A stretch of DNA of 64,000 nt, taken from Auanema rhodensis (Eukaryota; Animalia; Nematoda). Location: contig OZ059895.1 of NCBI GenBank assembly GCA_964057225.1, positions 4,154,001 through 4,218,000 of the forward strand, given 5' to 3'. The position numbers and the translations under genes were made by a program. The first letter of the stretch is position 1. Each line of letters starts with the position of its first letter. Below the pieces are notes generated by a model. It was not told the origin of the DNA, did not search any database, and saw nothing but the letters and a program-made list of their open reading frames with translations. Of this stretch, positions 1-10,067 are shown one piece after another.

Positions 1-18
1 AACATTGCTTCCAAAAAC

Positions 19-53
19 ATTTTGACAAAAATTTTTTCGAAAAATTTCAAAAT
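19..53. other. A/T-tract dyad centred on TTTTTCGAAAAA
   Basis: 33-44 is a perfect 12-bp palindrome, and ATTTTGA (19-25) and TCAAAAT (47-53) are complementary. Confidence 0.75.
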
Positions 54-155
54 AATTTAGCAAAAAGTAGATGTTTTTAGATTCCTTTTTTCAAGGCAAA
101 GATGATGGACAATGTTATTCAACGAAAAAAATTATTCTTCAGGGTGAAAATCGAG

Positions 156-177
156 GATATAAGTGTGAACTTATATC
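156..177. other. Perfect 9-bp inverted repeat with 4-nt loop (GATATAAGT-GTGA-ACTTATATC), present in nearly every monomer
   Basis: Read directly: 156-164 is the reverse complement of 169-177. Confidence 0.9.
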
Positions 178-312
178 AGTTGATATCTCGGTGCATTTTC
201 AAGCTAGCGCAAATCTGACGCTTAAAAATCCGCATCGAATGCACTATACTTCATTGAGAAACGCTTAATACAAAACTTAGTTATGATCGTTTGAAAAATG
301 ATGCATTAGTGT

Positions 313-340
313 ATGTTGAGTTTCCATGTACACTCAACAT
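313..340. other. Perfect 9-bp inverted repeat with 10-nt loop (ATGTTGAGT-TTCCATGTAC-ACTCAACAT), present in nearly every monomer
   Basis: Read directly: 313-321 is the reverse complement of 332-340. Confidence 0.9.
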
Positions 341-686
341 TGCTTCCAAAAACATTTTGACAAAAATTTTTTCGAAAAATTTCAAAATAATTTAGCAAAA
401 AGTAGATGTTTTTAGATTCCTTTTTTTAAGGCAAAGATGATGGACAATGTTATTCAACGAAAAAATTAATTCTTCAGGGTGAAAATCGAGGATATAAGTG
501 TGAACTTATATCAGTTGATATCTCGGTGCATTTTTAAGCTAGCGCAAATCTGATAACACAGATCGACGCAGCTTAAAAATCCGCATCGAATGCACTATAC
601 TACATTGAGAAACGCTTAATACAAAACTTAGTTATGATCGTTTGAAAAATGATGCATTAGTGTATGTTGAGTTTCCATGTACACTC
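336..686 (+). repeat. Representative long (351-bp) monomer
   Basis: It reads AAATCTGATAACACAGATCGACGCAGCTTAAAAATC at the length-variable site and TACTACATT downstream. Confidence 0.95.
530..580. other. Nested imperfect hairpin of long monomers (ATTTTYAAGCT-A-GCG-CAA-ATCTG-ATAACA-CAGAT-CGA-CGC-AGCTTAAAAAT)
   Basis: The paired arms are 530-540/570-580 (11 bp, perfect in the T200 variant), 542-544/567-569 and 548-552/559-563. An alternative outer pair is GTGCATT 526-532 / AATGCAC 589-595. Confidence 0.8.
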
Positions 687-1723
687 AACATTGCTTCCAA
701 AAACATTTTGACAAAAATTTTTTCGAAAAATTTCAAAATAATTTAGCAAAAAGTAGATGTTTTTAGATTCCTTTTTTTAAGGCAAAGATGATGGACAATG
801 TTATTCAACGAAAAAATTAATTCTTCAGGGTGAAAATCGAGGATATAAGTGTGAACTTATATCAGTTGATATCTCGTTGCATTTTCAAGCTAGCGCAAAT
901 CTGACGCTTAAAAATCCGCATCGAATGCACTATACTTCATTGAGAAACGCTTAATACAAAACTTAGTTATGATCGTTTGAAAAATGATGCATTAGTGTAT
1001 GTTGAGTTTCCATGTACACTCAACATTGCTTCCAAAAACATTTCGACAAAAATGTTTTCGAAAAATTTCAAAATAATTTAGCAAAAAGTAGATGTTTTTA
1101 GATTTCTTTTTTTAAGGCAAAGACGATGGACAATGTTATTCAACGAAAAAATTAATTCTTCAGGGTGAAAATCGAGGATATAAGTGTGAACTTATATCAG
1201 TTGATATCTCGGTGCATTTTCAAGCTAGCGCAAATCTGATAACACAGATCGACGCAGCTTAAAAATCCGCATCGAATGCACTATACTACATTGAGAAACG
1301 CTTAATACAAAAATTAGTTATGATCGTTTGAAAAATGATGCATTAGTGTATGTTGAGTTTCCATGTACACTCAACATTGCTTCCAAAAACATTTTGACAA
1401 AAATTTTTTCGAAAAATTTCAAAATAATTTAGCAAAAAGTAGATGTTTTTAGATTTCTTTTTTTAAGGCAAAGACGATGGACAATGTTATTCAACGAAAA
1501 AATTAATTCTTCAGGGTGAAAATCGAGGATATAAGTGTGAACTTATATCAGTTGATATCTCGGTGCATTTTCAAGCTAGCGCAAATCTGATAACACAGAT
1601 CGACGCAGCTTAAAAATCCGCATCGAATGCACTATACTACATTGAGAAACGCTTAATACAAAAATTAGTTATGATCGTTTGAAAAATGATGCATTAGTGT
1701 ATGTTGAGTTTCCATGTACACTC

Positions 1724-4700
1724 AACATTGCTTCCAAAAACATTTTGACAAAAATTTTTTCAAAAAATTTCAAAATAATTTAGCAAAAAGTAGATGTTTT
1801 TAGATTCCTTTTTTCAAGGCAAAGATGATGGACAATGTTATTCAACGAAAAAATTAATTCTTCAGGGTGAAAATCGAGGATATAAGTGTGAACTTATATC
1901 AGTTGATATCTCGGTGCATTTTCAAGCTAGCGCAAATCTGATAACACAGATCGACGCAGCTTAAAAATCCGCATCGAATGCACTATACTACATTGAGAAA
2001 CGCTTAATACAAAACTTAGTTATGATCGTTTGAAAAATGATGCATTAGTGTATGTTGAGTTTCCATGTACACTCAACATTGCTTCCAAAAACATTTCGAC
2101 AAAAATGTTTTCGAAAAATTTCAAAATAATTTAGCAAAAAGTAGATGTTTTTAGATTTCTTTTTTTAAGGCAAAGACGATGGACAATGTTATTCAACGAA
2201 AAAATTAATTCTTCAGGGTGAAAATCGAGGATATAAGTGTGAACTTATATCAGTTGATATCTCGGTGCATTTTCAAGCTAGCGCAAATCTGATAACACAG
2301 ATCGACGCAGCTTAAAAATCCGCATCGAATGCACTATACTACATTGAGAAACGCTTAATACAAAAATTAGTTATGATCGTTTGAAAAATGATGCATTAGT
2401 GTATGTTGAGTTTCCATGTACACTCAACATTGCTTCCAAAAACATTTTGACAAAAATTTTTTCGAAAAATTTCAAAATAATTTAGCAAAAAGTAGATGTT
2501 TTTAGATTCCTTTTTTTAAGGCAAAGATGATGGACAATGTTATTCAACGAAAAAATTAATTCTTCAGGGTGAAAATCGAGGATATAAGTGTGAACTTATA
2601 TCAGTTGATATCTCGTTGCATTTTCAAGCTAGCGCAAATCTGATAACACAGATCGACGCAGCTTAAAAATCCGCATCGAATGCACTATACTACATTGAGA
2701 AACGCTTAATACAAAACTTAGTTATGATCGTTTGAAAAATGATGCATTAGTGTATGTTGAGTTTCCATGTACACTCAACATTGCTTCCAAAAACATTTCG
2801 ACAAAAATGTTTTCGAAAAATTTCAAAATAATTTAGCAAAAAGTAGATGTTTTTAGATTTCTTTTTTTAAGGCAAAGACGATGGACAATGTTATTCAACG
2901 AAAAAATTAATTCTTCAGGGTGAAAATCGAGGATATAAGTGTGAACTTATATCAGTTGATATCTCGGTGCATTTTCAAGCTAGCGCAAATCTGATAACAC
3001 AGATCGACGCAGCTTAAAAATCCGCATCGAATGCACTATACTACATTGAGAAACGCTTAATACAAAAATTAGTTATGATCGTTTGAAAAATGATGCATTA
3101 GTGTATGTTGAGTTTCCATGTACACTCAACATTGCTTCCAAAAACATTTTGACAAAAATTTTTTCGAAAAATTTCAAAATAATTTAGCAAAAAGTAGATG
3201 TTTTTAGATTCCTTTTTTCAAGGCAAAGATGATGGACAATGTTATTCAACGAAAAAATTAATTCTTCAGGGTGAAAATCGAGGATATAAGTGTGAACTTA
3301 TATCAGTTGATATCTCGGTGCATTTTCAAGCTAGCGCAAATCTGATAACACAGATCGACGCAGCTTAAAAATCCGCATCGAATGCACTATACTACATTGA
3401 GAAACGCTTAATACAAAACTTAGTTATGATCGTTTGAAAAATGATGCATTAGTGTATGTTGAGTTTCCATGTACACTCAACATTGCTTCCAAAAACATTT
3501 CGACAAAAATGTTTTCGAAAAATTTCAAAATAATTTAGCAAAAAGTAGATGTTTTTAGATTTCTTTTTTTAAGGCAAAGACGATGGACAATGTTATTCAA
3601 CGAAAAAATTAATTCTTCAGGGTGAAAATCGAGGATATAAGTGTGAACTTATATCAGTTGATATCTCGGTGCATTTTCAAGCTAGCGCAAATCTGATAAC
3701 ACAGATCGACGCAGCTTAAAAATCCGCATCGAATGCACTATACTACATTGAGAAACGCTTAATACAAAAATTAGTTATGATCGTTTGAAAAATGATGCAT
3801 TAGTGTATGTTGAGTTTCCATGTACACTCAACATTGCTTCCAAAAACATTTTGACAAAAATTTTTTCGAAAAATTTCAAAATAATTTAGCAAAAAGTAGA
3901 TGTTTTTAGATTCCTTTTTTCAAGGCAAAGATGATGGACAATGTTATTCAACGAAAAAATTAATTCTTCAGGGTGAAAATCGAGGATATAAGTGTGAACT
4001 TATATCAGTTGATATCTCGGTGCATTTTCAAGCTAGCGCAAATCTGATAACACAGATCGACGCAGCTTAAAAATCCGCATCGAATGCACTATACTACATT
4101 GAGAAACGCTTAATACAAAACTTAGTTATGATCGTTTGAAAAATGATGCATTAGTGTATGTTGAGTTTCCATGTACACTCAACATTGCTTCCAAAAACAT
4201 TTCGACAAAAATGTTTTCGAAAAATTTCAAAATAATTTAGCAAAAAGTAGATGTTTTTAGATTTCTTTTTTTAAGGCAAAGACGATGGACAATGTTATTC
4301 AACGAAAAAATTAATTCTTCAGGGTGAAAATCGAGGATATAAGTGTGAACTTATATCAGTTGATATCTCGGTGCATTTTCAAGCTAGCGCAAATCTGATA
4401 ACACAGATCGACGCAGCTTAAAAATCCGCATCGAATGCACTATACTACATTGAGAAACGCTTAATACAAAAATTAGTTATGATCGTTTGAAAAATGATGC
4501 ATTAGTGTATGTTGAGTTTCCATGTACACTCAACATTGCTTCCAAAAACATTTTGACAAAAATTTTTTCGAAAAATTTCAAAATAATTTAGCAAAAAGTA
4601 GATGTTTTTAGATTCCTTTTTTCAAGGCAAAGATGATGGACAATGTTATTCAACGAAAAAATTAATTCTTCAGGGTGAAAATCGAGGATATAAGTGTGAA

Positions 4701-6637
4701 CTTATATCAGTTGATATCTCGGTGCATTTTCAAGCTAGCGCAAATCTGATAACACAGATCGACGCAGCTTAAAAATCCGCATCGAATGCACTATACTACA
4801 TTGAGAAACGCTTAATACAAAACTTAGTTATGATCGTTTGAAAAATGATGCATTAGTGTATGTTGAGTTTCCATGTACACTCAACATTGCTTCCAAAAAC
4901 ATTTCGACAAAAATGTTTTCGAAAAATTTCAAAATAATTTAGCAAAAAGTAGATGTTTTTAGATTTCTTTTTTTAAGGCAAAGACGATGGACAATGTTAT
5001 TCAACGAAAAAATTAATTCTTCAGGGTGAAAATCGAGGATATAAGTGTGAACTTATATCAGTTGATATCTCGGTGCATTTTCAAGCTAGCGCAAATCTGA
5101 TAACACAGATCGACGCAGCTTAAAAATCCGCATCGAATGCACTATACTACATTGAGAAACGCTTAATACAAAAATTAGTTATGATCGTTTGAAAAATGAT
5201 GCATTAGTGTATGTTGAGTTTCCATGTACACTCAACATTGCTTCCAAAAACATTTTGACAAAAATTTTTTCGAAAAATTTCAAAATAATTTAGCAAAAAG
5301 TAGATGTTTTTAGATTCCTTTTTTTAAGGCAAAGATGATGGACAATGTTATTCAACGAAAAAATTAATTCTTCAGGGTGAAAATCGAGGATATAAGTGTG
5401 AACTTATATCAGTTGATATCTCGTTGCATTTTCAAGCTAGCGCAAATCTGATAACACAGATCGACGCAGCTTAAAAATCCGCATCGAATGCACTATACTA
5501 CATTGAGAAACGCTTAATACAAAACTTAGTTATGATCGTTTGAAAAATGATGCATTAGTGTATGTTGAGTTTCCATGTACACTCAACATTGCTTCCAAAA
5601 ACATTTCGACAAAAATGTTTTCGAAAAATTTCAAAATAATTTAGCAAAAAGTAGATGTTTTTAGATTTCTTTTTTTAAGGCAAAGACGATGGACAATGTT
5701 ATTCAACGAAAAAATTAATTCTTCAGGGTGAAAATCGAGGATATAAGTGTGAACTTATATCAGTTGATATCTCGGTGCATTTTCAAGCTAGCGCAAATCT
5801 GATAACACAGATCGACGCAGCTTAAAAATCCGCATCGAATGCACTATACTACATTGAGAAACGCTTAATACAAAAATTAGTTATGATCGTTTGAAAAATG
5901 ATGCATTAGTGTATGTTGAGTTTCCATGTACACTCAACATTGCTTCCAAAAACATTTTGACAAAAATTTTTTCGAAAAATTTCAAAATAATTTAGCAAAA
6001 AGTAGATGTTTTTAGATTCCTTTTTTCAAGGCAAAGATGATGGACAATGTTATTCAACGAAAAAATTAATTCTTCAGGGTGAAAATCGAGGATATAAGTG
6101 TGAACTTATATCAGTTGATATCTCGGTGCATTTTCAAGCTAGCGCAAATCTGATAACACAGATCGACGCAGCTTAAAAATCCGCATCGAATGCACTATAC
6201 TACATTGAGAAACGCTTAATACAAAACTTAGTTATGATCGTTTGAAAAATGATGCATTAGTGTATGTTGAGTTTCCATGTACACTCAACATTGCTTCCAA
6301 AAACATTTCGACAAAAATGTTTTCGAAAAATTTCAAAATAATTTAGCAAAAAGTAGATGTTTTTAGATTTCTTTTTTTAAGGCAAAGACGATGGACAATG
6401 TTATTCAACGAAAAAATTAATTCTTCAGGGTGAAAATCGAGGATATAAGTGTGAACTTATATCAGTTGATATCTCGGTGCATTTTCAAGCTAGCGCAAAT
6501 CTGATAACACAGATCGACGCAGCTTAAAAATCCGCATCGAATGCACTATACTACATTGAGAAACGCTTAATACAAAAATTAGTTATGATCGTTTGAAAAA
6601 TGATGCATTAGTGTATGTTGAGTTTCCATGTACACTC
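1724..6637 (+). repeat. Dimeric (702-bp) HOR tract: alternating type A and type B/D long monomers
   Basis: Type A (TTTCGAC, AATGTTTT, ATTTCTTTTTTTAAGG, GACGAT, CAAAAATT) occurs at 2075, 2777, 3479, 4181, 4883, 5585 and 6287. It alternates with B or D types at 1724, 2426, 3128, 3830, 4532, 5234 and 5936. Confidence 0.88.
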
Positions 6638-9600
6638 AACATTGCTTCCAAAAACATTTTGACAAAAATTTTTTCGAAAAATTTCAAAATAATTTAGCAA
6701 AAAGTAGATGTTTTTAGATTCCTTTTTTCAAGGCAAAGATGATGGACAATGTTATTCAACGAAAAAATTAATTCTTCAGGGTGAAAATCGAGGATATAAG
6801 TGTGAACTTATATCAGTTGATATCTCGGTGCATTTTCAAGCTAGCGCAAATCTGACGCTTAAAAATCCGCATCGAATGCACTATACTTCATTGAGAAACG
6901 CTTAATACAAAACTTAGTTATGATCGTTTGAAAAATGATGCATTAGTGTATGTTGAGTTTCCATGTACACTCAACATTGCTTCCAAAAACATTTCGACAA
7001 AAATGTTTTCGAAAAATTTCAAAATAATTTAGCAAAAAGTAGATGTTTTTAGATTTCTTTTTTTAAGGCAAAGACGATGGACAATGTTATTCAACGAAAA
7101 AATTAATTCTTCAGGGTGAAAATCGAGGATATAAGTGTGAACTTATATCAGTTGATATCTCGGTGCATTTTCAAGCTAGCGCAAATCTGATAACACAGAT
7201 CGACGCAGCTTAAAAATCCGCATCGAATGCACTATACTACATTGAGAAACGCTTAGTACAAAAATTAGTTATGATCGTTTGAAAAATGATGCATTAGTGT
7301 ATGTTGAGTTTCCATGTACACTCAACATTGCTTCCAAAAACATTTTGACAAAAATTTTTTCGAAAAATTTCAAAATAATTTAGCAAAAAGTAGATGTTTT
7401 TAGATTTCTTTTTTTAAGGCAAAGACGATGGACAATGTTATTCAACGAAAAAATTAATTCTTCAGGGTGAAAATCGAGGATATAAGTGTGAACTTATATC
7501 AGTTGATATCTCGGTGCATTTTCAAGTTAGCGCAAATCTGATAACACAGATCGACGCAGCTTAAAAATCCGCATCGAATGCACTATACTACATTGAGAAA
7601 CGCTTAATACAAAACTTAGTTATGATCGTTTGAAAAATGATGCATTAGTGTATGTTGAGTTTCCATGTACACTCAACATTGCTTCCAAAAACATTTCGAC
7701 AAAAATGTTTTCGAAAAATTTCAAAATAATTTAGCAAAAAGTAGATGTTTTTAGATTTCTTTTTTTAAGGCAAAGACGATGGACAATGTTATTCAACGAA
7801 AAAATTAATTCTTCAGGGTGAAAATCGAGGATATAAGTGTGAACTTATATCAGTTGATATCTCGGTGCATTTTCAAGCTAGCGCAAATCTGATAACACAG
7901 ATCGACGCAGCTTAAAAATCCGCATCGAATGCACTATACTACATTGAGAAACGCTTAATACAAAAATTAGTTATGATCGTTTGAAAAATGATGCATTAGT
8001 GTATGTTGAGTTTCCATGTACACTCAACATTGCTTCCAAAAACATTTTGACAAAAATTTTTTCGAAAAATTTCAAAATAATTTAGCAAAAAGTAGATGTT
8101 TTTAGATTCCTTTTTTCAAGGCAAAGATGATGGACAATGTTATTCAACGAAAAAATTAATTCTTCAGGGTGAAAATCGAGGATATAAGTGTGAACTTATA
8201 TCAGTTGATATCTCGGTGCATTTTCAAGCTAGCGCAAATCTGACGCTTAAAAATCCGCATCGAATGCACTATACTTCATTGAGAAACGCTTAATACAAAA
8301 CTTAGTTATGATCGTTTGAAAAATGATGCATTAGTGTATGTTGAGTTTCCATGTACACTCAACATTGCTTCCAAAAACATTTCGACAAAAATGTTTTCGA
8401 AAAATTTCAAAATAATTTAGCAAAAAGTAGATGTTTTTAGATTTCTTTTTTTAAGGCAAAGACGATGGACAATGTTATTCAACGAAAAAATTAATTCTTC
8501 AGGGTGAAAATCGAGGATATAAGTGTGAACTTATATCAGTTGATATCTCGGTGCATTTTCAAGCTAGCGCAAATCTGATAACACAGATCGACGCAGCTTA
8601 AAAATCCGCATCGAATGCACTATACTACATTGAGAAACGCTTAGTACAAAAATTAGTTATGATCGTTTGAAAAATGATGCATTAGTGTATGTTGAGTTTC
8701 CATGTACACTCAACATTGCTTCCAAAAACATTTTGACAAAAATTTTTTCGAAAAATTTCAAAATAATTTAGCAAAAAGTAGATGTTTTTAGATTTCTTTT
8801 TTTAAGGCAAAGACGATGGACAATGTTATTCAACGAAAAAATTAATTCTTCAGGGTGAAAATCGAGGATATAAGTGTGAACTTATATCAGTTGATATCTC
8901 GGTGCATTTTCAAGCTAGCGCAAATCTGATAACACAGATCGACGCAGCTTAAAAATCCGCATCGAATGCACTATACTACATTGAGAAACGCTTAATACAA
9001 AAATTAGTTATGATCGTTTGAAAAATGATGCATTAGTGTATGTTGAGTTTCCATGTACACTCAACATTGCTTCCAAAAACATTTTGACAAAAATTTTTTC
9101 GAAAAATTTCAAAATAATTTAGCAAAAAGTAGATGTTTTTAGATTCCTTTTTTCAAGGCAAAGATGATGGACAATGTTATTCAACGAAAAAATTAATTCT
9201 TCAGGGTGAAAATCGAGGATATAAGTGTGAACTTATATCAGTTGATATCTCGGTGCATTTTCAAGCTAGCGCAAATCTGACGCTTAAAAATCCGCATCGA
9301 ATGCACTATACTTCATTGAGAAACGCTTAATACAAAACTTAGTTATGATCGTTTGAAAAATGATGCATTAGTGTATGTTGAGTTTCCATGTACACTCAAC
9401 ATTGCTTCCAAAAACATTTTGACAAAAATTTTTTCGAAAAATTTCAAAATAATTTAGCAAAAAGTAGATGTTTTTAGATTCCTTTTTTTAAGGCAAAGAT
9501 GATGGACAATGTTATTCAACGAAAAAATTAATTCTTCAGGGTGAAAATCGAGGATATAAGTGTGAACTTATATCAGTTGATATCTCGGTGCATTTTTAAG

Positions 9601-10067
9601 CTAGCGCAAATCTGACGCTTAAAAATCCGCATCGAATGCACTATACTTCATTGAGAAACGCTTAATACAAAACTTAGTTATGATCGTTTGAAAAATGATG
9701 CATTAGTGTATGTTGAGTTTCCATGTACACTCAACATTGCTTCCAAAAACATTTTGACAAAAATTTTTTCGAAAAATTTCAAAATAATTTAGCAAAAAGT
9801 AGATGTTTTTAGATTCCTTTTTTCAAGGCAAAGATGATGGACAATGTTATTCAACGAAAAAATTAATTCTTCAGGGTGAAAATCGAGGATATAAGTGTGA
9901 ACTTATATCAGTTGATATCTCGGTGCATTTTCAAGCTAGCGCAAATCTGACGCTTAAAAATCCGCATCGAATGCACTATACTTCATTGAGAAACGCTTAA
10001 TACAAAACTTAGTTATGATCGTTTGAAAAATGATGCATTAGTGTATGTTGAGTTTCCATGTACACTC

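Larger units (their letters stand above)
1..335 (+). repeat. Representative short (335-bp) monomer, type S
   Basis: It reads AAATCTGACGCTTAAAAATC at the length-variable site and TACTTCATT downstream. There are 46 short units: the 38 carrying the listed ORF plus those at 687, 9398, 11472, 24363, 26086, 30250, 50035 and 55906. Confidence 0.95.

Noticed and set aside
35-51. CENP-B box-like TTCGNNNNA
   Set aside because: The essential CGGG half is absent (TCAA here), so only 5 of 9 core positions match.
136-142. Minus-strand CTGAAGA (CUGANGA) suggesting a satellite hammerhead ribozyme as in newt, schistosome or cave-cricket satellites
   Set aside because: No stem II closes onto a following GAAA, and I could not build stems I and III. 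Plus-strand CTGATAA and CTGACGC deviate from the core. An Infernal/Rfam search would settle it.
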